Of a stretch of 64,000 nt of DNA, positions 35,779 to 49,573 are shown in pieces. Position 1 is the first letter of the stretch, and each line of letters begins with the position of its first letter. A model generated the notes under the pieces. That model saw nothing but the letters and a program-made list of their open reading frames with translations, was not told where the DNA came from and searched no databases. Origin of the DNA: Eledone cirrhosa (Eukaryota); assembly GCA_964016885.1 (NCBI GenBank), contig OZ024742.1, forward strand, positions 126,914,001 through 126,978,000, in the 5' to 3' direction. The translations under genes and the position numbers were made by a program.

Positions 35779-36582
35779 GATATTGTATGATTTCTATAAA
35801 TGTAAAATATTTAAGGTTAATGATCATGGAGGATCATACTAAATGTTTTGTCAAAACACAATTAACAGCTCGTTACAACTTTGTGTCCGCTTAACGAAAT
35901 CAGCGTCTTCAAATATCAATACCATAGCACACTTGTACGATTTCTCCAAGGTTATTCTATAATGCTATTCTGTACTTACAAATCATGGAGGAAGGGACGG
36001 GTGAGATAGAAGGAGAGAAGGTCACTGTATTGATTACACATTAGATGTATTCTGTGTTCAAGTTAAAACTAATGTTATCTCAAGACATCAATCCAACTGA
36101 AAAGAAGAAAGAGCAATCTCTCGCTGATAAAAAAGCCAGAAAGAACATCCTCCCAATAAAATGGCGCCTAAATGACTGACAGGAAGGAAAACTAAACTTG
36201 TATAATAGGATATATGTACACATTTGTTGCCACTCTTTCACTATAATTAAGCTTGCTTATGTCCAGAGAACTGCTGTTGCTGATTCTACGACTAACACTA
36301 GTATCATAATTATGAGTGGTGCAGTTTCATGTATGAAAAGTGCGGAGTGTAGGATATGATGTCATTTGCCACTATTCGTTTTATCCCACAACATAATGCT
36401 AATTACTAATCTGTTCTAGGACATAAAATAATTCAATTGTTCCCGCTATTTCAATTTTAAATTTAAATGTGTGCCTCCCAAAGCAAATGACTATGGTAAT
36501 AGTCGATCACTATAAATATTAGATCAGAAAATCGGACAGAGATTCTTGCGGGGAATAGAACCTTACATATCTCGGATGTCGA

Positions 36583-36785
36583 TCGGTAGAGCGTCAGACA
36601 GCATGCTTTGCAGCATAGAGTCATGGCTCTTTATGTTCTGAGTTCAAATCCCCCCAAGGATAGCTTTGCCTTTCATCCTTACGGGGTCGATAAAACAAAG
36701 CACCAGTAATGCACTGAGATCGATTCGATCAACTTTCCCCTCCCTTCAAATTGCTGGCCTTGTGCCTAAAGTAGAAACAATTATC
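36583..36785 (+). mobile_element. SINE family A long variant
   Basis: Similarity to other copies. Confidence 0.88.
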
Positions 36786-37129
36786 AACAACAACAATGGC
36801 AATGGAGGCAGGGGTGGCATTTCCAGTCCCAGGCATTAGTAAGAGATTCATGGCGAACAGTTTCCACGATACCTGTTTCATTCTAGAAAGAACTCATCTC
36901 ATATGACGTTAATCATATTGTTAGCGTTCCTGGAAAAAGTTTGAGCATCGCAGCTACGAGAAGCTTCACAAATATACATGAAAAGTATACTACACACACA
37001 ATCCCAGAATCAACTAGACGCTGATTTCGTCCAGGGAAAGGAACTTGTGTGTGACGAGATGATAATTGTGTTGTGACAAATCATTTAGTATGATCCTCTA
37101 TTGTGACTAACGTTATAGCAGCTATAATA

Positions 37130-37343
37130 GTTTCTGATTTAGGCACAAGAGCAACATATTTTGGTGGAGCAGAAAGTTGATGAAATCGACCCCAGTGCGT
37201 TACTGAAACTTAATTTATCGACCCCGTAAGGATAAAAGGCAAAGCTAACCTCGTAGGGATTTGAACTCAGAACATAAAAGGCTTTACATATGCCGCAAAA
37301 CATGTTGTCCGATGCTCTACCGACACTGCCAATCCACTGTTCT
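37130..37343 (-). mobile_element. SINE family A long variant with 17-bp TSD
   Basis: TTATA(G/A)CAGCTATAATA at 37113 and 37344. Confidence 0.9.
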
Positions 37344-39333
37344 TATAACAGCTATAATAAACAGAAAACTGCCTCACATTCAATGTTACGTAAAACATAT
37401 CAGCTGGCTTTCCTTTGCCAATATTCACCAATCTCTATCATTACCCAATGTTTGACTGTTTCAGGATTTGCTAACCATATACCTCCTGCCTCCCCCTCTT
37501 TATTTTTCTCAATTAAACATTTAGTAAGTGGATGCATCAAACGTGACCTCCTTTTATGCCTTCCGACATCGATGGAAAGAAGAGAGAAAATTGCGTCCAG
37601 GCCAAAGATCTGACCTGAATACTTGCAACAGAGTGGACTCCGCTAAAAGAACTCACTGGGTAGTGTTGGTGTTAAACTGGATGACAGATTAAAACTACCA
37701 ACCAGACACAGGGCTGATTCATTCGACTACATTCTACGCAGTTTCACTCTAAATTTCACTTACAAGTTTTCATCATCTCGCGGCTGTGGTACAAGCTACT
37801 TGCCAAAGGTTGCCGTGAAATCGAACTCGAAAACAAATAGCTTTCTTGTGTTCAATCTTCCTCGGATGCCACTTCCCCCCTCCCACAATCTAATAACAAT
37901 GGTTTATGATTTAAGGACAAGGCCAGCAATTTGGGAGGAGGGGAATAGTCGATTAAATCGATCCCAGTAAGTATGAAAGGCAAAGCTAATCTCGGCGGGA
38001 TTTGAACTCAGAACGTAAGCGGATGTAAAGATAAGCTGCAAAGCATACTAACAACAATAGAAAAAGACTTTTAACCCTAACCACTAGTAGAATTATAAAA
38101 GACTGTTTCTATCGGTACTTAAACACTCTCCGAAATTGAATAGAATGAAATAAAAACACGAAATATATACACACCCACACTAACGAATGGAGAATTCTAT
38201 TTGAAGTCGTTTTCCGTCGATAACAAATCATAAAACGAAAGAAAGCACTGTTACAGCGAGAAGAGATCGACTAACTGTGGAGATGATGAGGAATGGTTAT
38301 AGCGGCGGCGGCGATGGAGATCAATACGCAAGACGATTTCAAAGCAATATTATTGTTCTGCATACAAGAATGGAGTTAGGTTTGGGTGTAATGTCTAGAT
38401 TACTTAAACAAAAATCAAACTTTCAAAGCCCGGCTCTCCTGTTGCAGTTGGCTGGTGAACTGAATCGTTAGAACTCATATGAACATAAATGGAAAAAACA
38501 TTCTTATATACACAGTTAACAAGCTAGCCCGGGTGTAGCAATGTCAAATTGCTTCTGCTTTACCTTCTTACACAGTTATGTAACCATCTCATTACCATAT
38601 TTTTAATGATATACATCGCTAAGTTTCAAATCATTTTGAAAATAATCAACACGATGGAATTCATCAAAATAACAAAATTTCTCATTATCAAGTTGCCGTT
38701 TGGAACCTTACTGAAAAGGTACTTACATAAAATTACGATGGAATTTATGAGAACGTTCGAGGCTTCATCGAATTATGACCATAGAGAAAATACTCTAAAT
38801 AATATGGCATATAAGCTCCCTTAACGGAAAAAATTATTTTCAAATTTCGCTCATAGTTTCTAGAACACACGTTCTTATGATGGAATTTCTTAATATGTGT
38901 AGGGGGGGGAGTGGAATCGATCGACAAGATCCCAGACCTCGTTCGATTACCGTGTAGGGTGGAGCTAATCACATCTTTCAATTGCTGACACTATCTAATG
39001 ATCGCAACTCCTGGAAGAAGGAGCAATGTTAAATAAATTGTCTTGCTCAAAGACATAACGCATCGCCTGATCTGCGAATCGAAGTCGCAACCTCACGATT
39101 GCGAGTTCAATTCTCTAACCCACGCGCCTACACGTACATATATGTAAGCACACTTTTGTAGCATAAAACCAGTTTCAGGCGCGTTCGTATTAAAGCTTTT
39201 ACAACTGTATCTAAATTACGACGAGGAAAGATGAAATCTGTTTCAAATTACCCATAAAGGTAGATGGAAAGTGATTTCGTTTTAACCAATCAAAATATAT
39301 ATTTACATGTATTGACGTATATTTAGATAGTAC

Positions 39334-39640
39334 TTGTTTCTACTTTTGGCACAAGGCCAGCAAATACCCAGTACATTACTGGTACTTTATTTTATCAACC
39401 CCGTAAGGATGAAAGGCAAAGTTAACCTCGGCGGATAATAATAATTTCTGATCTTGTCACAAGGCCAGCAATTTTTGGAGAAGGAGAAAGTCGATTAAAT
39501 TGAGCCCAGTGTGTTATTTACCGACGCCATAAAGATGAAAGGTAAACCTAACCTCACTGAGATTTTAACTCAGAACATAAAAGGTTGTAACTCTGCTGCA
39601 AAGCATGTTGACCCACGCTCTAACGACACGGCCAATCTAT
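39334..39640 (-). mobile_element. Two tandem family A SINE copies
   Basis: 39334-39433 (short, truncated) and 39441-39640. Confidence 0.85.
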
Positions 39641-39773
39641 TACCTTGTTATTATTTAGATAATAATAACAGCGAACACTATATTAATCTATCGTTTGACT
39701 GAGAAATTCGAGAAACTGCGACTAAAACGGAGCAGACTAACGAATGAAACACATGATAGGGACCACAGAAAGG

Positions 39774-39968
39774 CAGACCTGTCAACTCTCCCTGTCCAAC
39801 GGGAAGATCTCCCACCCCAAAGTGGGTGGGTGAGAGATGTCTTCTCTAGTGAAAATGGAGCATAGCTTCCATTAATGAAAATCTCTCCATTTTGCTTCAT
39901 TTCTCCCTGTTTTGAGGCACTGAATTTCATGGTACTCCCCGTTTGGGTTTTGAGAGGTTGGAAGGTCT
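39774..39968. mobile_element. hAT-like MITE
   Basis: Imperfect TIRs CAGACCTGTCAACTCTC / GAGAGGTTGGAAGGTCT; flanking duplication AGAAAGG. Confidence 0.65.
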
Positions 39969-40661
39969 AGAAAGGAGAAGTGGAATATTTTGGCAACAAA
40001 TATTATATATTTGGATGTGCAGGAGATTAAACCTGTATGTGTAAAAGTTCTTCGAAGTAAACAAATACCAAAAATACATTTTTCTACTAAGAACACTACG
40101 TGTGCCATCAGCATAATTGCAGTTCCAGATATAACATAATGATATATTGTGTTGGAGTCGAGCCAACTGTCTTTCCAATTCACAAAAAGGGCAGAATCAT
40201 GCACTCGTTTACAATGATTAAACAAATTAAAAATGTATTGCAAATCAATTATATCTGCAGCAAGAAAATTCTCTCGAGAAATTAGTTTAGACTTCGAACA
40301 GAAAATGTCTGAATATAATACAAAAGTGAACTAACTCGGGGTATATGGGTCCATTGTGGTGACACACAAAATGTCATGACTTTACATGGTCAATTTTCTT
40401 GAGAATTTGTTTCTCCATATATAAATATATACAAATCTCTGAACTGGAGCAAGAGAGGAAACACCTTCAGCGATACATGAGCAGGCTCTCACCACATGAT
40501 ATATTAAATAGAACATCAACAACTATAATATAGATAAAAAGCGTCACTCGTGTGGAGCATTTATTAAGACACTTTTCCACAAGGTATGAGATTATTTTAA
40601 CAATTCTCGACAAAATATGCCCGAAAAAACAATAATATAGTAAAGATGTTCTACATAATCA

Positions 40662-41232
40662 AAGGGCTGGACTTTCCCTGCTGAGACCCTAGGATATATG
40701 AAATGTGAGGCCATTCTCTAAATATATTCGAGAAAAATGATTTAAAGTAATTATAAATTATCATTTTTATATTAATTTTAATGATATATATATATATATA
40801 TTATATATATTTATATATAAGTGTTGATTTAATGTTAAAGAATAAAATCTAATGATGAAATAAAAATAGTTTTTAAAAGGTCCCCGAGTTTGTGTGACTA
40901 AGCTTATAGGTAAATCATCGAAAACTGCATAATTACCAAATTTCAATTAGTGCCTTTCACATGTCTTCAGAAATTAATATGTGAAAATAATACGGAACCT
41001 TAACAAACAAACCGACAGACACAGTATTATTCTCCCTGAGGAAATACATGAAAATTATGGAAATAACTATACTGAATAACTATAATGTGGTGCATAAGCG
41101 AACTGAAAAGCTATATATATATTCTTTATAATCCCGAAAAATTATTTCAAATTTTTTTACCGGAATTCATTTTAGAGAATGGTCACAAATTCCATATAGC
41201 TTAGGGCCTCAGCATGTGAAAGTCCGGCCCTG
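40662..41232. mobile_element. MITE with CAGGGCCGGACTTTC-type TIRs (hAT-like); related end at about 9410-9470
   Basis: About 60-bp imperfect inverted termini; no clear TSD. Confidence 0.7.
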
Positions 41233-41519
41233 GCCGCTGCCCTTGCTTTTCTGAATAGTCATAAAAAATGATTCAAAAATATAAAATTTATATCAATTCA
41301 ATTTAATGACTTTAAAATAAACAAAACAGCAACAAAATGCTTGGCGGCGACGGTACCCTCAGAATTATTTGACAGTTCTGCTTCAAATTGACATAGATCA
41401 ATGACACATGTGTATAGAATAGAGATATTCAGATATAGATAATTTCTCAGTTATAAAAAGGTAAGAAAACCTCTACCCAGTAAAGTTCCAAATATGTGCT
41501 AGAATCATAGAATTCAAAT

Positions 41520-41672
41520 ATCTTTATTTGAACAGTATTTCCACGCACGTATCATCCGTTTCCGATCTTACTCAGACCTTCACCAGCAGATAAATATCTG
41601 TCTCTTGGTGAAAGTCCGAGGTAAAATCTGAAACAGATGGTTCATTCGTAGGGATATTATTCAAATATAGAT
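41520..41672. repeat. Old head-to-head palindrome of two decayed HHR-like motifs
   Basis: Arms 41520-41592/41595-41672, each reading outward (C/T)TGGTGA..GAAAC..TTCAAATA. Confidence 0.55.
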
Positions 41673-43366
41673 AATAAAACATAAGTATTTCGAATACAGA
41701 GATAGATGTAAGCGACAAAACTGATTTCAGTAATCAACTAGTTTGTATTTATCGACCACAGATGCATAAGATATTGTTACTATTTGTGGCACCTGCCATC
41801 GAATGAGAAATAAGCTCTTGATAAGCTGAAATTGCGATTTCTCCAAAAGCAAATGGTGATTTTGAGAGCTGTTTGTTGAAATATTCTCAATGTGTAGTAG
41901 CAGAAGATGGTCGAATCAAGAAATGTTGTCTTCTCCCCCAGCCAACTCTTATTCTTGAGATGGTTGTACGGTAAGGTCAAATCCTCAGAATATGCCACCG
42001 AACATTTTGCTACGTTTCCTTTCATAAGACTTACGGTTAAAATGTTTGCTTTACAATCACATGGTTCTGAGTTCGATCCCACTGTCCGTCACTTCGGCCA
42101 AAACATAACTGATTTTGGATGTCGGATATAAACCTTCTCTGTACTATATTGCAAACATTCGAAGCAGATCCCTGAAGAGAAAAATCACAGGATCTTTCTT
42201 CCTTTTATCCTCCTCCCACCGGTGCTGGAGATTTTGCAAAAAAAAAAAAAAATGGAGTCGGACGCTCCCCTTCTAAATATACCATACAGCTCATGAAATA
42301 AAGTACTAGTCAAGAACTGAGGTCGACGTAAACTAATGTAACTCCATCCTGCGCCAAGAAATGAAAGAAAATTAGAATTAATAATCAGCTCACTGAAACG
42401 AGATCGCCTTGGGATTCGTTGGAATTTACGTCTTCACCAATAAAGAGCTAGATTCTATACTTACACCTACACACAAACATAACCAACCATACACAGCCAC
42501 CCACACACAATCCCTTTCTTATTCTCACACACCGAAGAAAATACCTACTTATATTTTTATGCAATAGATAGAAATGAGTTTTGCAGTATAAAACAAACAA
42601 ATGAACGCATGGGTTTTCTATATTTAACAGACGTGTTTAAAGAAATACACGCTAATTCCTTTCATATCCTCTTTGGTTGGTTATTTTGAAACGGAGCCAA
42701 ATGATGTAGTAGTTTATAAACATTTTCCGGAAAAAACACAGCAACAGTCAAATAATGTATATAGCTATATACGATACACACACACACACACATATACATA
42801 TATATACTCACACATATATACATATATATACACACACACACATATATATATAGAGAGAGATACACAGACACACACAAGCATACACATACATATATATATA
42901 TACACACAGACACACACACACAGGCACATGCATGATACATACAACAAACGATAACACATATACACAAACAAGTTGCCAGAAATAGTTTGGTTTATAGACT
43001 CAGTATTTCCGATTGACCAAAATTAATAGAATATTTTATTCTGGTTCTTTACTTTTTCTTTGCTTATTTTTTTACCCTTCGTTATTTTGAAAGATTCTCA
43101 AATAACACAAAAAGTGTAATTAATAAACCAACAATAACGGTATTAATAAATCAAAGGAACATTATACGCAAGGTTACACGACGTCAGATGCCAAAGAATT
43201 AATAAGAATTCCTTCTCTTCGTTTCATTTGGAGAGTGTCAGTCTTGTCTGAACATTAAGGCGTCATAATCCAAAATAGACTAAAAGAAGAGAAACACTAT
43301 TTTAATTATAGTTTTCACTTTCTCTGGATATATATATATTCATTCAAATGAATGACCCCCTCGAAT

Positions 43367-43411
<45 letters not shown>

Positions 43412-43416
<5 letters not shown>

Positions 43417-43832
43417 GTATAGGATTATCCAAGATGCAGTGATGGTTAATTACTACACTGGATATGGTTGACGTACGGTAAGAGGTTACTCTACGAGTTA
43501 TGGAAGAATTGTTCAAGAAACTTAGTTCCTGATCCTTCAGTATTCCGGAGTGTATATAAAGAATGAATAATAACAGGTAGACATCATAAAAAGGTAGTTT
43601 ATTCCGTGTGCTTACAAGTGTTTCCACGGTGGTACTACAGCCTAGTTCCGCTACGTGCAAATTCTGCTCTGAGGAAACAGTGGTCACAGCATTGGATATT
43701 CGAGTTCTGCAAATACTTGTGAATTTGCACGTAGCGGAACTAGGCTGCAGTACCACCGTGGAAACACTTGTAAGCACACGGAATAAACTACCTTTTTATG
43801 ATGTCTACCTGTTATTATTCATTCTTTATATA
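43412..43832 (+). mobile_element. PLE-like inverted-pLTR micro-element between (TA)n tracts
   Basis: 112-bp inverted arms 43553-43664/43721-43832 with one mismatch; contains an HHR. Confidence 0.75.
43665..43776 (+). ncRNA. Type I hammerhead ribozyme, intact core, long stem II
   Basis: UGCU-CUGAGGA-aACAGUGGU...ACCACCGUg-GAAA-CACUUG-UA-AGCA. Confidence 0.75.
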
Positions 43833-44586
43833 TATATATATATATATATATATCGAATTCGAAAAGATGAAAGGACAAGTTGACCACTGCGCAATTTGAA
43901 CTCAGAGCGCAGTGAGTCAGAACGGATACTGCAAACTATTTTATCCGAAATTCTGAGGGAGGAGCCCCGCGAGGTGGGGTGGCTGTTGCAGCGGGTACCG
44001 CTGGCCATTGTCCGTGGGGCGTAGCCCCAACACCACCGAGCCCAGGGCCTAGAACCCATCACCTTACCCCTTCCTCCTCCCATTCTTCAGTGACCCTAGA
44101 GCCCCTGCCCTTCCCTTCATTTTCCGTTTTTAAATATCTGTAGTGTTGTTGTTATTTGAAATGAATCTGTTTACGATTTTTTAATATTTTTATTAATAAA
44201 ACATATTTAGCTTCTAGCGATTCAGCCAAATCGCTGACTTTCTGTCTGTCTGCATGCTTATGCTGTAATATCCCCGCTCAACACTACCTACCCCGTTTAT
44301 CACTGATTTGTTATAGTGTTGTCAGGGTAATATTTGATAAATACAATCTTTGTACAGCCTCTATATAGATGATTAATTAGTTCATGTACACATTAATTAA
44401 TCTATGTATGAGTAAACATATCAATTAAAACAATGAATATCGAGTGTTTGTATAATTAGTGAAAATTATACTCTATTGATATGATGTATTACAATGGGTG
44501 GCGAACTCCGATCTGAGTTCAAATCTTTGCCCTTGTTCTTTTGAGGTCGATAAAAAATAACAGTCCAGTTGATTCTTCTATATAAT

Positions 44587-44652
<66 letters not shown>

Positions 44653-46237
44653 GAAGTAATCGACTGTGTTTATACAAAGAGAGGAAAAGGGCTTCGCCAG
44701 GTTTAAAATGCCCGATACACGTCGTATATCACGACGGTACCCCTATGACTCCATCAGGATCTACAGGGTTATACATACATGTTTATGATATTGCGATCTC
44801 CCGTAATCGAAAATTTGAGGTCATTCAGTATATTTCTGCGTTCTAAGATGGTTGTATCAGCCCATTTTCGACTTCACAAATACTTGGTATTGATGAGATA
44901 AGAACTGAAGCAAACTGGATCTAAGAGTTCTCGGTAGTGTTCTGCTTTGCTACGACCATGAGATGATCGGGATACGTAAACAATAACTTATAATTAGGGC
45001 AAACACTCAAACACCTAATACAAAGTGGGAATTTTCTACCAATTAAGGCTAGACATCAATTAGGGGTCAGATTACATCATGTGGAAGACACGGGTGCAGG
45101 TATCTCTTTAAACTTGATGTTTATAGTGGAATAGACCCAAGTCGGTTACAGCGATGAGTGTTCCAGTAGTTTGATCAACAAAGCGGCTTGGTCATGCATT
45201 TAACGTGTAAGATGTAGGACATTCCATAATCGCGTTTAGCCATAACGTAATTCTAGAAGAAATTCAGTGTGACAGTGACAAGGCTGGCTCTTTGAATTAC
45301 AGGCGACGGGCTTCAGAACAGTTTCTTTCTACCCATTTTGACTCACAAGGCATAGGTCGACCCGAGGCTATTATAAATGGTACTTGTCCAAGATGCCACA
45401 CAGTGGGATAAAACCCACTCGAACTTTTTAAACATTCGGCAATTCACTATCTACAATGATTTTACAATAGTTGTTATATAGTATATATGTTATATACATA
45501 TATACATATGTGTGTGTGTCTGTGTGTGCGTATGTGTACGATTGTGTATGTATGTATGCATTTATGCATGTATATGTATATATATGTGCGTGTGGAACGA
45601 ACACACATGACGCAGGTAGGCTGATGTTTAGGAAATCCAATTCACAAAATATTGTAATTCCGGGTTCGATTTCTGTGAGGCGCTTGAGTGATTTTTAAAA
45701 TCTGGCGGTCCCATTTGCTCTCCAGGTCGGAATAAAGCAGATTTCTTCTAGAGACGAATGGAGAGTGAGAGAATGGAAGTGAGAAAAAGATATAAAAGAA
45801 GAATCGACCTCAGTACAGATTGCATCATGTGGAAGACAAAGTTGAGTTCGGCGAAATTTGAACTCAGAGAACAGAGCCGAAACGAAAATGGTTAAGAAAT
45901 ATATTGTCACATAACTTGTGAGTAAAACTTAAGACGAAATGTGAATAGAATCTTGGAAGATGAACTGTATCTATAATTCAAATGCCAGTCTTGAGAGATC
46001 GATTATCACGTTCAACCTGTTTATAGATTCTGTTAATGGTAGAAATGTCTTCGGAATTGGACACTTGAGTTTTCTTAACAAAAGCAGACAGATGGTCCAT
46101 AGCTTACCAAAACGCCTCCGGACAGATAAGGTCTACCTTATAAATAATTCATACATGAACAGGAACATTAAGACGTCGGGTTGTTCACTACAATGTTTAC
46201 CTTATTTGGTTTTATGTAATGTCTCTCTTGCTCTCTC

Positions 46238-46300
<63 letters not shown>

Positions 46301-46429
46301 ATAATTTGGTAAAGATATCCAAGGTATAGAGCACTCAGTCTATGGAATAGAGAAAACATTGCAAATTGAATAAATTAAGTTCGCTCAACGTTTTCCGTGT
46401 TATGTGTTCGTCTTCGTTGTAACATTGCA

Positions 46430-46500
<71 letters not shown>

Positions 46501-46517
46501 ATTTATATATATATATT

Positions 46518-46548
<31 letters not shown>

Positions 46549-46586
46549 ATTTATATATATTTATATATATATATATATATATTTAA

Positions 46587-46812
46587 TATATAAGATCAAA
46601 AGATGGTTAAAGGAGTTCCATGTATTTTATTATGCGCATTTCAAAAACAAACATCACCATGCAATAATATTTGTGTTTTCATCAGATAAAACAGGAGAAC
46701 ATGATATGAAGGCTGAAAAACACTTGTGGATAGTGCAGTTTTAAATCAACATATTTGAAATGCGCATAATAAAATACATGGAACTCCTTTAACCATCTTT
46801 TGATCTTATATA
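46587..46812 (-). mobile_element. PLE-like inverted-pLTR micro-element
   Basis: 58-bp perfect inverted arms 46587-46644/46755-46812; TA/TTTA arrays adjacent (46437-46585) and nearby (46903-47184). Confidence 0.75.
46627..46689 (-). ncRNA. Type I minimal hammerhead ribozyme, canonical core
   Basis: UUAU-CUGAUGA-[G-U rich stem II]-GAAA-UGCGCA-UA-AUAA. Confidence 0.85.
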
Positions 46813-46913
46813 TTATGTATACTCCAGCCCTACAAACTGTAGAGTGCTTCTTATCCGATATCTGCATTGCTTTATTGTACTACAATAAAACTCACCTCCT
46901 ACATATATATATT

Positions 46914-46962
<49 letters not shown>

Positions 46963-47105
46963 ATTTATTTATATATATATATTTATTTATATATATATAT
47001 ATTTATTTATATATATATATATTTATTTATATATATATATATTTATTTATATATATATATATTTATTTATATATATATATATATATTTATTTATATATAT
47101 ATATT

Positions 47106-47162
<57 letters not shown>

Positions 47163-47876
47163 ATTTATATATATTTATATATATAATCTTACAGATACAT
47201 TGTTCTCATATATAACAGTAGTCATAGCAGCAATCGAACACGCTTCTAGTATGGTTAGTAGTGCACAAGAAAATAATCCATCAATATCGGATTAATCATA
47301 AACAGCCATTTTGAAAAAAGTATGATTTCAAAACGTAAAAACTAAATCATTTAAAAAAAATAAATCTATGGCTTAGATCGTGATTTTTAGATCTAACGTT
47401 GAGGCTGTTTTGGCCTTGATGGAGAACTGTGGGGGGTTTAGAGAAAGTAGAAAATGCGGGAGGGCAAAAGAGAAAGATGCGGAGAAAAAAGAAGATATAA
47501 AGGGACAAAAGCATCAGATAAATAATTCCATATCGGTACATGTTCAGACAAGTAAGCCACAAGCAGCGTTAAATTTCCGCGTAATGTTGCTAAGTTACGG
47601 CAGACATCTTTCTTTCTTTTCTTTTTTTTTTTTGGTTATTGGGTCGTTGATAATTAAATATGGCCGCCTTTAATAAACGAGAAAGACTACGAACATTAAG
47701 GAGATGTATATCCAGGACTTTCTATCTCTTCACAGTTGGCAGCAGATGTTTAATTTAGCAACCAGAACTTAATCGATCCAGCTGAACAGATAACGAGCAG
47801 CACTTTGTGTATGTGTGTGAATGTGCACAGCCTGTGTGGACCTGAACTATATAATTATGTATGCATATGTGACTAT

Positions 47877-47940
<64 letters not shown>

Positions 47941-47946
<6 letters not shown>

Positions 47947-48571
47947 AAAAAGGGATGAAATCGAAAATGCAGCTGAAGTCTTATTTTTTTTAAAAATATA
48001 TATATTTATTTGGTTCCTTTACCGGTTTCGCAGTTCTTCTGCTTTTCAAAAGGTGAGTTGAGATGGAGGGTCTGTGGTTTTTCTCACAATGCCATAAATG
48101 AGAGGGAAAGCAGGGGAAGAGCAAGGAATGCTAGGTTAATCCCCTAATATCTACATTACTCTATATTTACTATTATATTTTTGTGGTAAGGGCTTTACTT
48201 CACATAATATTGAATCTATGAGATTTTGATGCTATTTATTTTGAGAACAATACCTTAACATCAGTATGAGGGGCTGGTTACGGCCGGTTTGAACAGAAAG
48301 AGGTGAGAGAATTCTGACTGGATATGGCTGGTTTTTATGCTAAAGGGTTAAAACTTTCCAGATGTGAGAAAAACCACAGACCCTCCATCTCAACTCACCT
48401 TTTGAAAAGCAGAAGAACTGCGAAACCGGTAAAGGAACCAAATAAATATATATATTTTTTAAAAAAATAAGACTTCAGCTGCATTTTCGATTTCATCCCT
48501 TTTTCTTTATACTTCCACTCGTGTAGGACACCTCGGTTATTTTTCATTTTGTAAAAAAAACCTCACTTTCT
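47941..48571 (+). mobile_element. PLE-like element: inverted pLTR, spacer, pLTR and 60-nt tail, flanked by (TA)n
   Basis: 148-bp arms 47941-48088/48363-48510, one mismatch; right arm has tail extension; spacer holds a TTAA-bounded piggyBac-like MITE remnant (about 48136-48350). Confidence 0.8.
48398..48435 (+). ncRNA. Minimal hammerhead ribozyme with U3-A8 core (mirror copy 48016-48053, minus)
   Basis: CCUU-UUGAAAA-GCAG aagaa CUGC-GAAA-CCGG-UA-AAGG. Confidence 0.8.
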
Positions 48572-48856
48572 AATATATATATATATATATATACATGTCT
48601 TACGTTGTAAATTTATATCGTATGCCGAGGCTATTTATATTAATACATTTGTACATATGTCTAAACATATACTTGTTTATATGTGCATTTACATATATAT
48701 ATATATATATTGACGTACCAATTCTCATCTTTTTCCATTATCAGCCTAAAATTTCTTAAGTAAAAAAATACGGCGAAAGCTTTTATTTCTATTTTCAAAC
48801 TCGCTCGCTGTTTCAAAACAAACTTACTTGTCATATATATATATACATACATACAT

Positions 48857-48905
<49 letters not shown>

Positions 48906-49253
48906 CATACATACAGACACATACATATACACATACACACATACATATATGTATATATACACACACACACATATATACATTATAAGTATGAATGTATACA
49001 TATGTGTGTGTATCGTGTATAGTGGAATGACTTGTTGGTTAGGATGTTCACCAAACGATCGTAAAGTGATGAGTTCGAATCTCAGATAGACAAAATAAAT
49101 AGTACCTATAATTCTTAGGGACGGGCTTAACACGCTACATCACCCTAAAAACTTAGTCTAAGGTACACGTGTCTGTATCATTCTGAGCTGCTTGCACGAT
49201 AATTACATAATCCGGTTGTTCAACATGTGCGGTATAATTTGAGATACGCGCCC

Positions 49254-49316
<63 letters not shown>

Positions 49317-49401
49317 GGATAGAGTGACACGAACCTAGACAGTCCAATCTTAGTTCATCTCAGAAATATTCTTAATCACAAAAAAGATTCACACACACAC
49401 A

Positions 49402-49447
<46 letters not shown>

Positions 49448-49530
49448 CACACGTGGGGAGGGGTTGTGTTATGCACAAGCAACTGTGTAACTGTGTTGAG
49501 TAGTTAATGATATTAATAATAAACAAATTC

Positions 49531-49573
<43 letters not shown>

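Noticed and set aside
39872-40243. 123-aa minus-strand ORF
   Set aside because: No recognisable domain; runs into a MITE
47391-47551. Possible exon (TTTTTAG..open frame..GTAAGC)
   Set aside because: No recognisable homology and no partner exons; needs RNA-seq
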